Assembly (NCBI GenBank): GCA_036339735.1
Contig: JAYZAL010000021.1
Coordinates: 1-64,000 of the forward strand
Direction: 5' to 3'
DNA length: 64,000 nt
Source: Candidatus Poribacteria bacterium
GTDB lineage: Bacteria; Poribacteria; WGA-4E; UBA9662
In this document: piece by piece, positions 22,509 to 31,732 of the stretch
Position numbering within the stretch: position 1 is the first letter of the stretch
Layout of the letters: each line of letters starts with the position of its first letter
Position numbers and translations under genes: made by a program
The notes under the pieces: generated by a model
Seen by the model: only the letters and a program-made list of their open reading frames with translations
Told to the model about the DNA's origin: nothing
Database searches by the model: none

Positions 22509-22541
22509 TTGACATCTATCTAATCAGTGAAGTATTAATAT
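22509..22541 (+). promoter_or_regulatory. Sigma70-like promoter candidate
   Basis: Perfect TTGACA (22509-14), then 18 nt, then TATTAA(TAT). Confidence 0.4.
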
Positions 22542-22674
22542 GCAAGCTGATAATTCATCCGTTGTTTTGAATATGAAAAAAGTATGTGAAGATTCAATAT
22601 AAATCTGATACATAATATTATATTTTATGCCTTATTATTCCGATGCCCTTATTCCTTGAGGGTAATTTTTTTAT

Positions 22675-22715
22675 AGTGCCTAGTTGGATTCGGCAGCTCC
22701 AACTAGGCATTTTTA
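22675..22715 (+). terminator. Intrinsic terminator-like hairpin (AGTGCCTAG family)
   Basis: 14-bp stem AGTGCCTAGTTGGA/TCCAACTAGGCATT with one G-U pair, followed by a T-run. Confidence 0.65.
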
Positions 22716-22809
22716 ATACCTCGGGGATAATCAAGCCATTTGTTGCAGTCTTAGGTGTAAATATTCATAAGGTAAAAGTGAAAAGATTGGTTCGTCGGAG
22801 GTTTGTTCT

Positions 22810-23013
22810 ATGCTGATAGATCGGCTGAGGCTTATAATGTTAATACTAATTCTGCCATTTGTATTAACATTGTTTTTGTATGTAAAGGGGTATTTGTCCC
22901 TTAAGCTGTTCAGGGTGTTTCTCGCGGCATTGGGTGTACTTTATGTTATAGTACGAGTGCGCTTGATGCTCACAAAATCTGCTAAAGAGTCGGATGGAGA
23001 TAAGGATATATAG
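22810..23013 (+). CDS. Small two-TM membrane peptide (67 aa)
   Basis: GGAGG RBS; two hydrophobic helices, charged C-tail. Confidence 0.65.
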   Translation: MLIDRLRLIMLILILPFVLTLFLYVKGYLSLKLFRVFLAALGVLYVIVRVRLMLTKSAKESDGDKDI

Positions 23014-23071
23014 GTAAGAGGCTATTCTTCAATCACCACTAGAAGTCGACTTTATTTTTCTCGACTAGCTT

Positions 23072-23305
23072 ATGGTAGCAATTCTCGGTTTTTTGATTCA
23101 TTATACGGTCTCAAGAAGTTAAAAACTGGGTAGATGAGATCCGAAACAACTACCCCGTACCCTGTTGCATAGGTGATCCATATGCAACGTCAATTTGTAT
23201 CTTTTTTATGTGAGTCTAAATTCATAAAAATAAGCTTATGGCTAAGAAATAGTCAAGAAACCACGAGTGCCTAATTAATCAGCAGACTAGGTACCTAGTC
23301 TTTTA
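23072..23305. repeat. Structured non-coding element, copy A
   Basis: Aligns with 30676-30925; hairpins GGGTAG/CTACCC, GTTGCATA/TATGCAAC and GTGCCTA/TAGGTAC; perfect palindrome GACTAGGTACCTAGTC at 23285-23300. Confidence 0.75.
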
Positions 23306-23494
23306 AGCCGGGGAATACAGACATGGAAAATGTAGGATTCGGCTGTTACATATTCAAATCAATTGGTTGTTGATCAGAAGTTTTTGGAGTCTTCTGGTCT
23401 TCTCATAAGCCTTGAAGTTGATTCTCCTTTTGCTTGAGGACTAAATCTGTAATTGCAAAAGCTGAACTGGTGGTAAGACAGGTAGGGATAATGA

Positions 23495-25888
23495 CTATTT
23501 TTTATCCTCGGAACTAATTTGTCTCAATGCTACTTCGGCCGAGTCTCGAATAGCCGAAAACTTATCTTCTAAGGCTTGAGTCAGCATTGGAACGGCCTGC
23601 TTAGCCTCAGCTCCTATATCTCCTAATGCCTCAATTGCATTAACACGAACAACCAGAGACTCATCATCCAACAGTTGAATCAGAGCTGGCACAGCCTGTT
23701 TGGCCTCAGCCCCAATTTCTTCTAGTATCTCGGCTGCATCTCTACGAACAACTTCGTCCTGATCCTTCAGCGCTTGGATCAAACCTGGTACGGGCTCTGA
23801 TCCCATCTCTATTAAGATTCTTTTGGCATTCCTACGAACAACTTCGTCCTGATCCTTCAAAGCTTGTATCAAATCTGGCACGGATTCTGATCCAAGCTCT
23901 CTCAATGCCATTTCTGCATCTCTACGAACAATCTCATCCTGATCCTCTAAAGCTTGAATTAGGGCTGGTACTGATGATTTGGCCTTGGCTCCAATTGTCC
24001 CTAACGTCTTGACCGCTTGGCTACGAACATAACTATTCTGATCTTCTAAAGCTTGAATTAGGAATGGAACAGCCTGTTTGGCCTCAGCCCCAATTTCTTC
24101 TAGTATCTCGGCTGCATCTATACGAACAACTTCGTCCTGATCCTCTAAAGCTTGAATTAGGAATGGAACAGCCTGTCTGGCTGCAGGTCCGATCTCTCTC
24201 AGTGTTGATATGGCATTTATACGAATATCACTATCCTGATCCTTCAAGGCTTGAATTAGGGCTGGAACTGCTTGTTTAGCTTCAGATCCTATCGCTGCTA
24301 ATGCTTGAAATGCACTGTCCCGAATTTCTTTCTCTACACATCTTAACATTTGAGTCAACTCTGGGACTGCATCTTTAACCTCAGGTCCGATCAGGCCTAA
24401 AGATTTTATCGCTCGCCTACGAATAACAGAATTTTGATCTGCCAGCAGTCGGACTAACATAGGAACTGACTGTCGGAAATTTGTCTGATCCTTGAGTTGT
24501 TGTTTGGCCTGTTGAGGGAGTGCATATGAGGGCAAAAATGCAGTCATAAAGGAACCGTCTCGCAATCTAACCGCGCCTTCAAGCCCCATCGGCCATTCGG
24601 GGTTAGATTGAGACTGATAAGTATCAAATGTCAATTCCCTAATTTTTTTATCATGGCATAAAATAGCATAGATGAATTTTGTGTGCCGTTCGAAGACTTT
24701 GCTCTCGTGGGTATAGTCAGTATAGACCTCAGTCTCCATTTCAATGATTTTGGCTTTCAGATATTGAGAGCCAAACTTGATCTTCTCTATGGCATCTTCA
24801 ATTGATTCTCGGACCCATTGATCGGTCTCATCACTCAAGGCTTGAGATAAATCACCTAGAGCCTGACGGGCCAGAACACCAAACTCACCCAAGGCCGAGA
24901 TCGCATTGGCCCGAGCCTGCCAAGACGAATCACCGATTAATAGCCTCAGGGCCAAGACAACTTCTGGGCTAGCATAACCAATCTGTCCTAGGGCTTTAGC
25001 TGAATTACTACGAACTTCTGGGATGTCATCACCCAAAGTGTCTATCAATCTATGGATGGCAGGTTTGGCTTCGGCTCCAATCTGGCCTAGGGCGGATGGA
25101 GCTTGGATTCGAATCTCCGATTCTTCAGCCTCCGACAATTGAGTCAGATCATCAACCAAATTTGTACTAATCTTCCGGATGGCCTGTCGAACGGAAATTG
25201 TCACACGTTGATCTTTTAACAACAGAACCAAAGCCGGAAGGGCTGGTTTGGCCGCTGGGCCAATTTGGCCTAATTGCTTAACTACCTGGTTACGTAGGCG
25301 CAGGCTTTTTCTCTTCAATAGCTGGGCTAGATCCAAGATCACCTTTTCGCTAGTAATTTGTTGTAATGACTGATCGGTCTGGAGCCGAACCTGAGAATCG
25401 GGATCATCTAATAGGTGGATTAGAATAGGGATAACCAGTTTGGCCTCCGACTCCATAAGCCCTAATTGCTGGGCCAGTTTGGCTTTATTGATGGGGTCGA
25501 TTCGATCTAGAAATCTGGGGCCTAGACCTGCCAGAGTTTTGGCCGATTGATGAATCAGCTGAGAATCGGCCTGAGGATGATTTAAGTGTTGAATTAATCG
25601 ACGTTGGGGTAGAAAATCCTGGGTCAAGAAAACGAAAATAAAGAATAGGATAGTAATCAGGGTCAGAGATATACGAACCCAAAAATCATTAAGCGGTCCA
25701 AGACTGAGAGGACCAGATAACTCCCAGATAATAGCGATAACTAGGAAGCCAAAGAGGCTACCGAAAGCCTGATCAATTTGTTTGGCCCGATGAGGAGGAA
25801 AGCCAAGACGAAGAACGAGAGATTGAGTTAGAAAAATAACAGCTTGTCGCGCTAGCAATCCAAAAATGGGAATAATGAGAGGATTCAT
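23495..25888 (-). CDS. Membrane-anchored HEAT (PBS-lyase-type) repeat protein
   Basis: About 3 N-terminal hydrophobic helices; many VPALIQALxDxDxxVRxxAxxxLxxIGxxAKxA repeats in two blocks around a non-repeat insert. Confidence 0.9.
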   Translation of the reverse strand: MNPLIIPIFGLLARQAVIFLTQSLVLRLGFPPHRAKQIDQAFGSLFGFLVIAIIWELSGPLSLGPLNDFWVRISLTLITILFFIFVFLTQDFLPQRRLIQHLNHPQADSQLIHQSAKTLAGLGPRFLDRIDPINKAKLAQQLGLMESEAKLVIPILIHLLDDPDSQVRLQTDQSLQQITSEKVILDLAQLLKRKSLRLRNQVVKQLGQIGPAAKPALPALVLLLKDQRVTISVRQAIRKISTNLVDDLTQLSEAEESEIRIQAPSALGQIGAEAKPAIHRLIDTLGDDIPEVRSNSAKALGQIGYASPEVVLALRLLIGDSSWQARANAISALGEFGVLARQALGDLSQALSDETDQWVRESIEDAIEKIKFGSQYLKAKIIEMETEVYTDYTHESKVFERHTKFIYAILCHDKKIRELTFDTYQSQSNPEWPMGLEGAVRLRDGSFMTAFLPSYALPQQAKQQLKDQTNFRQSVPMLVRLLADQNSVIRRRAIKSLGLIGPEVKDAVPELTQMLRCVEKEIRDSAFQALAAIGSEAKQAVPALIQALKDQDSDIRINAISTLREIGPAARQAVPFLIQALEDQDEVVRIDAAEILEEIGAEAKQAVPFLIQALEDQNSYVRSQAVKTLGTIGAKAKSSVPALIQALEDQDEIVRRDAEMALRELGSESVPDLIQALKDQDEVVRRNAKRILIEMGSEPVPGLIQALKDQDEVVRRDAAEILEEIGAEAKQAVPALIQLLDDESLVVRVNAIEALGDIGAEAKQAVPMLTQALEDKFSAIRDSAEVALRQISSEDKK

Positions 25889-26625
25889 TGAATTTTGACC
25901 TGGAAATTAAGAGAAGTAGAGATAAGATTAAGATTTGGAAAGAAAAGATAGGAAAAAAGAAATCGAAGCTGTATTTGGAAGCAAAAACGGTCAGAAAGAG
26001 TATTAATGTGCTGACATGCGAGTATCATTGTGACTTTAACCAAGTATCGAAATTTGAATGTCATCAATTTATATTTTCATATTTCCAAATTCAACTTTTT
26101 TATCACTTGTCAATTTGTACCACATACCTTTATTCAAAAGCTGACGTCAACTTCTACCAAAATGATCTCGATTTAGCTAGCGATGTTCTGCATCGCACTT
26201 CTCGGTCATCATCTGTAATCACTGTGACTGGTTTAGTGATTCTTGCAACTTTCCAATTTGTTCATCTTTTTTAGCTAGTTGATCCAATAATTTGAGCTAG
26301 ATCGTTTAGAATTCGTTGGATAGATATTATGATGTTATATTCTGCTTAACTAATTGAATCTGTGTTTGTTGATTAACCAAAATCACTGTTCATTTTAATA
26401 AGATAAATTAGGACTTCATATATCTAACTTACAGTATACTATTCAAAATTTAAGGGTAGATATTGAAAAGAATGCAGAATAGTTACTTCGTCAGGAAAGT
26501 AGCGTCGATGAGTTAATCAAACAGAAGTAGATAGAATCCCACCGTTCCTCTTTTACTAAATTGTTAGGTCTTTTTGGTATTGGAAACTTGGTTAATTCTA
26601 CTTAATCTTTTATTAAGAAATCATT

Positions 26626-27028
26626 ATGCCAAATAGAACTCTACGGATAATTGTAAGGATTATATTTGGAATAACTGCGGGAATATTCATTTGGAATTTG
26701 TTTCAATCCATCGGATATTGGTTAATTCACAAATTTACTCAATAATTCTACTGGATTAGATTTTGGTGTCAAATCAAGTTGACCTAATACTGACTGAGGT
26801 AGTATTAATCACTGGAATTTAAACTACCCAGAACACATAGGTCTGACCTTATTACTTAGTTTACTTCTTTCTGTTGTTTCAGGTGTGGTAGTTGCATTTA
26901 TCGCCTATAAATTAGTTGTTGAAAGATTTTTTTCAGGTTTTATACTGATTATTATTCTGATTGCTTTCTTCTTATTTTCTACTTTCATTTTGGTTAATTC
27001 TTCTATCAACAACCTTTCAGACTGCTGA
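26626..27028 (+). pseudogene. Decayed multi-TM membrane protein
   Basis: MPNRTLRIIVRIIFGITAGIFIWNLF...* followed, after stops and a frameshift, by ...IGLTLLLSLLLSVVSGVVVAFIAYK...FILIIILIAFFLF...*. Confidence 0.4.
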
Positions 27029-27144
27029 TACAACCGGTTAATCATACCTCGATTGTGTCATTTTACAGTCTTAGTCTTTTATCCTAAACCAAACAGGATT
27101 TTTGAGATTTCACTGAGTGAGTAGTGGTGAGTTAAAGTGAATAG

Positions 27145-27414
27145 CTAACGAATGTGGGTGGGTATATGGATACAGATTCTGTTTTGAACCGACCCCTTTA
27201 AAATCCCACAGGCATCTGCAATAAAGAAAACAACTATACACAAAAAGATTATACCCATAACCTGCCAAGCCTGTCGTTTTTGCTCTCGTTTTTCAGACTC
27301 TATTTCATTACCAAAACTGGCAATGTGGCCACAATTCGGTCAGGATTCGGCGTTTTTACTTATCTGCTTGCAACAAGCTTTACACAATCGTAATAAATCG
27401 TTTCGGAATTCCAT
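27145..27414 (-). pseudogene. Zinc-ribbon + TM small protein with in-frame TGA (pseudogene or possible selenoprotein)
   Basis: GGGAGG RBS; MEFRNDLLRLCKACCKQISKNAES(TGA)PNCGHIASFGNEIESEKREQKRQAWQVMGIIFLCIVVFF...; paralog of 28555..28806. Confidence 0.65.
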
Positions 27415-27597
27415 CACAAAGCCTCCCGAAATTAAAAGCTAATCTTTTTTGGACCTTCTAACCGTCTAAGTTAAGTCGAACAGTCAAAAATTGTATATGA
27501 TTGACTTTTAATCAGTACATAGTAAGTTCGGGTGCCAGCTATATCTTCACCACAACCAGATGAACATAGAGCAGTAGCGGATCCACCATCATCAATT

Positions 27598-28242
27598 CCT
27601 TCACCCAGAGGATCCCTATAGCAACAACGTAATATAGGAAAAGACCTAACACAGAAATTCCCGTGATTATTATTAAGCATAGTCTTTAAACCTTTTGTTT
27701 TCTTCGCCTAAATCTTAGTAAGTGTCGTCAGGCATAAACGTCTAAGAGCAACTACTTTTTCTTACTTACTGGGGAATTGGTGAGCAAATATCATTACATT
27801 CTTCGGTTTCTTCTTCGTCAATCATCTTGAATGCAGCACGGGCCGTAGCTGCTGTTACACCGCTGTTAACAGCCGACGTAACAGCAATCAGTGCGTTTAT
27901 TTCATCGTCTGTAAGACCTATACTTCGGGCTTTTTTAACGCGGTTACGAGTACAAATCTGACAACCACGAGTCATTGTCACAGCTAAACCGATTAGGTGC
28001 TTTTCTCTTTCACTTAAAAGTTCTGTGTTATGTGTTTGTTCGATGTGATCTAGAATTAACGTATTGTCATAAGCCATACTATATCTTCCTCTTGTTATTT
28101 TTGATAATCTACGGACGATATTGAGTCGGGTTACTACTACCTTCACCCAGAGTATTCCTCGCAACAACACAATATAGGAAAAGACCCAACACACAAATCC
28201 CCGTGATTATTATCAAGTAGTCTTTAAATCTTTTATTTTTCC
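27598..28242. repeat. ~105-bp imperfect direct repeats (27598-27705 and 28140-28242) flanking the CMD gene
   Basis: Shared CCTTCACCCAGAG...GCAACAAC..AATATAGGAAAAGACC.AACACA.AAAT.CCCGTGATTATTAT.AAG..TAGTCTTTAAA.CTTTT. Confidence 0.85.
27766..28077 (-). CDS. Carboxymuconolactone decarboxylase/AhpD-like (CMD) protein with CxxC
   Basis: ATG 28077 after AGAGGA; LSEREKHLIGLAV...GCQIC...ARSIGLTDDEI. Confidence 0.8.
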   Translation of the reverse strand: MAYDNTLILDHIEQTHNTELLSEREKHLIGLAVTMTRGCQICTRNRVKKARSIGLTDDEINALIAVTSAVNSGVTAATARAAFKMIDEEETEECNDICSPIPQ

Positions 28243-28554
28243 CCAAAAGCTGTTAAAAAACATTTTAACAGTATGATTGAAGTGTCCTATAAGAATTAAC
28301 AGTATGATGATAATACCAAAATAGAGATTTTGTAAATTAAATGGATTCTCAACTAATTCGCTCCATATATCATGACCTACCATATAGCTGATTAGTCCTT
28401 TATTGCAAGGGGAGAAAATTATTAATATTTATGTTCATCCGCCATTGAAATATTTTTTGTCCTGGCATATTTGAAACTATGAGTATAGAAAGAAATAACA
28501 AAAATTGTATTGGCATAAATTCTGATATTCGACTCTCTCGAATGATTCCCGCCA

Positions 28555-28806
28555 TCATCTTTTTTGAGGAAAAAGAAAACGTAAAACAAAGAAGTGAAGT
28601 AAAAAAACTATAACTGCAATAAAAGCCCATAGGAAACAACCTACAATTCTGTCAAGTCGCTTCTGTTTTTTTTCTTCCTCCTCCAACATTTTTTCCTCAT
28701 TTATTAGATGAGGGGTAGGTTCTTGACAATGAGGACAGTTTTGTTGCACATTCTTACTAAGAGTTTGACCACAAGCTCGACAATCATTAACCAAATTTAG
28801 GTTCAT
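28555..28806 (-). CDS. Zinc-ribbon + single-TM small protein
   Basis: CRAC...CPHC, charged linker, hydrophobic helix; AAGGA RBS. Confidence 0.75.
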   Translation of the reverse strand: MNLNLVNDCRACGQTLSKNVQQNCPHCQEPTPHLINEEKMLEEEEKKQKRLDRIVGCFLWAFIAVIVFLLHFFVLRFLFPQKR

Positions 28807-29354
28807 ATTATCCTTTAGTACTACCTAACGACTGGGTTTATATTGCCTTCAACCTGAAGACTCTCATAAACACCGAAACTGTAAGGGGAAACATTTAATC
28901 ATAATAAGATAGATAGATTTTGCACAAGTAATCAGCGATCGCTTTTCACAATCCAAGACAAATACATCATAGGATGCAACAGTGCTACCGAATCATATAA
29001 ATATAGTTTCAGCCGCTTCTTATCATATTCAATTCCTAGCCAAAGCGGAGAAGGCAAAAACAGTTTACCACGGAAAGAACTGACTTTAGTACTGAGTTTC
29101 TGTTAAGCCCATCCAACCCCCAAACAGGCTACTAGCCATCTAGAAGTCAATATAGAGATTATTTGGATGGACCAAACTTAATTGGTTTCCAAAGGTGCCC
29201 CGACCATTGAAAAATCTTCGTCAACGAAACCGCCTGCCACTTGTGCCGATAAAGAAGAATATAATTCAATACCCTTGTATGGGCCAAAGTCAAAAAATTT
29301 ATCCCCAATACCAAAAAGCCAGTGAAGCATAAAGAGACCAACTATTTAACTCTA

Positions 29355-29435
29355 CTACCTGAACCTCAGTTTTATGGCACAGAAAAAGACAAATAATACC
29401 AACAGAACACAAATAAAAGGCAAATATCTACTCAT
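29355..29435 (-). CDS. 26-aa hydrophobic peptide MSRYLPFICVLLVLFVFFCAIKLRFR (or the signal peptide of a frameshifted gene)
   Basis: AAAGGTGG RBS 6 nt upstream of ATG; below the ORF-track length cutoff. Confidence 0.4.
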   Translation of the reverse strand: MSRYLPFICVLLVLFVFFCAIKLRFR

Positions 29436-29504
29436 AAAAAACCACCTTTCTTTCTTTGATTATCTTGGTAAATCATGTGATTTCCATTTACAAAAAAGCA
29501 CCCA

Positions 29505-29660
29505 GAGCAATATGGTGAATTTACAGGGTTTTTTCTGTTTTTTATACAAAACGACTTAAAGAAGTTGTAACAAACCTGTAAAGATAGCAATATATTATTG
29601 CTCCACTAGACAATTACATGTAGTGCTTAGTTATTTTTATCCTTCTAACTAGGCACTTTC
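29505..29660 (+). ncRNA. Candidate structured RNA ending in an AGTGC-family terminator
   Basis: Nested inverted repeats GAGCAATA/TATTGCTC and TTTACAGG/CCTGTAAA; terminator AGTGCTTAGTTA/TAACTAGGCACT at 29622-29657 followed by Ts. Confidence 0.35.
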
Positions 29661-30245
29661 TATTTAATAATGAGGTCGTTGAATGTTCAGTTTTGTGATT
29701 CTTTCGGTTCTAGTTTTTAGTATCACGTTTAGTTATATTAAAGTTGCTAAATAGGAAAAACCTGTTTTCTCAAATTTACAGATAGTTCACTCTACACGAA
29801 TATCAATATCTGGCAGGATTCCTACCACTATACATACTGTGTAAAAACTAGTTTTCACCGATTGGCATACCGTCTAACTCTATTGATATTGGTAAATACC
29901 GAGAGCTGCCAATGAGTAGTGTCGTATATTAATCTGCTGATTGATCGGCTAAAAGAATCATTTTTCAAAAAAGGTTCATTGAGAGTTATGATGCTGAATT
30001 CATCAAAGAAAATATCTGGTTCGATATGGGGTTATTCAAAGGTTTATTTCCCTGCCGTTTTTGAAGAAAAAAAACTATAAAACCTCTGAATTGCTAGTTT
30101 TTTAAGGGGGGGGAAATGTTGAAAAAGATTTTTGTCAGTGTTTTACAATGACTGGGCTGAGAAGCGGTTAGTCTCTGGGATTCACCCCTTAGAAGCGGTC
30201 AAATCTATTAGTAGTTCACTGTTTGAAAACTAGAATGTCTGAGCT

Positions 30246-30530
30246 CTATTCGCTTTGACGATGGTTATCTTTCGGCCGAAGTGTGTTAAACCTATCAACT
30301 TCACTAATTAGTTGATTGTCTAACTTATTGCTACTATCAAGAATTTCATTTTCATCAATTCTTATCACCCATTTATTGTTTTGCTTATAACAGTTGACCT
30401 TCTTTTCCCTGATTCTGGTTCTTACAGTTGTCTCAGAGACAGAAAAGACTTTTGCATATTCTTTAATGTTCAATCCCACAATAACACTATCAGTAAGTTG
30501 ACCATCAGTTACTTGTATGTTCATAATCAA
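30246..30530 (-). CDS. Helix-turn-helix DNA-binding protein, excisionase/MerR-like
   Basis: LNIKEYAKVFSVSETTVRTRIREKKV...NNKWVI; GAGG RBS upstream of the ATG at 30524. Confidence 0.7.
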   Translation of the reverse strand: MIMNIQVTDGQLTDSVIVGLNIKEYAKVFSVSETTVRTRIREKKVNCYKQNNKWVIRIDENEILDSSNKLDNQLISEVDRFNTLRPKDNHRQSE

Positions 30531-30675
30531 ACCTCAACATATTCATCTGACAATCAAATACAACGCTATTGATTGTCAAAAGATTCCTAAAAAACATCTT
30601 CGTATATTGACATTATTTTTTTAGGGTATGTGAAAAAATAATGAGTTAAGAGATAAATCAACTAAGGAAGAAAAA

Positions 30676-31110
30676 CTGGGAATCATTATCCTGTTTTTCG
30701 TTCGGTATCTTATCTTAAGGGTTGAAAAACTGGGTAGATGAAGACCAAAACAACTACCCAGTACCCAGTTGCATAGGTAATCCGTATGCAACCCTGATTT
30801 GTACTTCTTCAATGTAGGTATAAATTCATAAAAACACGCCATTTGATCAGTTTACGGTTAAGAAATAGTCAAGGGGCGTAAAAAGTGCCTAGAAAAAGCA
30901 AGAAAACTAGGTACTTTTGCCTTAAGGGAGTAAAAAGGATGTAGCTAGGTGGATGACAAGAGGAGTTGCGATGATTGACCTAGCATATTTTATTAGTTGC
31001 ATAGATAAGGAGTAAAATATGCAACGCCAATTTTCTACCTTTTGAATGAAAACCTATAACCACCAATCAAAATCTTTTAATTAATTTATGGTTAAAAAAC
31101 GATTAACAAG
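30676..31110. repeat. Structured non-coding element, copy B (30676-30925) and diverged tandem copy C (~30930-31110)
   Basis: B aligns with copy A. C keeps GTTGCATA...TATGCAAC with a longer loop, the downstream GCCAATTT and TTATGGTTAA tracts, and a preceding GCTAGGT/ACCTAGC hairpin. Confidence 0.7.
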
Positions 31111-31329
31111 TCGTCGAAGGAAGAATCAGTCAGGTTATGTTTTAGCTGTAACATCCAACATTATATCGAGTGGAGTTATTATCAAGTCATGGATTTTGGA
31201 CTGAAGACCGTCGTTTTTTGTGGTTCGACTATACAATACAATGTTTAGTCTCATGATAGTGTTGGGGATTCTGTTTTTGGTCTTGTTCTACCCTTCGTAG
31301 TATAACTTCCAAATCACCCTTGACAGAGG

Positions 31330-31366
31330 CAAGAACAAAACTGACTCAGATTCAGTTTTGTTCTTG
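31330..31366. terminator. Strong hairpin, likely terminator
   Basis: CAAGAACAAAACTGA / TCAGTTTTGTTCTTG perfect 15-bp stem. Confidence 0.6.
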
Positions 31367-31732
31367 GGTTTGCTTAAAGGGTTGAATCAACCAATTACCC
31401 GTCGTTCCATCGTATGCCCGACGGACCTTCTCGAATCAAGTGATGTGTTAAATATATTTCCTTCCAGGATGTAGTTCATCTCCGTTGCGCAATCCTTGAA
31501 CCAAGGCTTGCTAAAACTGATAAAACATATTACAAAAGTGTTTCACACAGAGAGGAAAATAAAAGTCTAAATTGGCTACGCCACCAAACAACTAGTTGAA
31601 TATTTATTAATCTTAACTCGAGCATAGCCAATTAGAACACGTGAGTAGGCCGTGGGACCTATGAACTAGATGTTTTACAAATTTTAGTGAGGTATTCTTA
31701 GCATCTTATGCTTAGTTTGGTTTCACTATCGG

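Noticed and set aside
23680-24300. Repeats as a mobile or CRISPR element; ORF 24064..24279
   Set aside because: Coding HEAT repeats and their antisense shadow.
30621-30842. 73-aa minus-strand ORF as a protein gene
   Set aside because: It overlaps the structured element, and the homologous frame in copy A is not conserved (stops).
21710-31500. Integron cassette array or intact prophage
   Set aside because: Hairpins read GTT...AAC, the reverse of attC (AAC...GTT). Gene orientation is mixed. No integrase or structural genes.
31380-31510. Possible ncRNA or dehydrogenase C-terminal remnant; similar protein-like interrupted frames at ~21830-22030 and ~39100-39400
   Set aside because: Too short and degenerate to support an assignment without a search.
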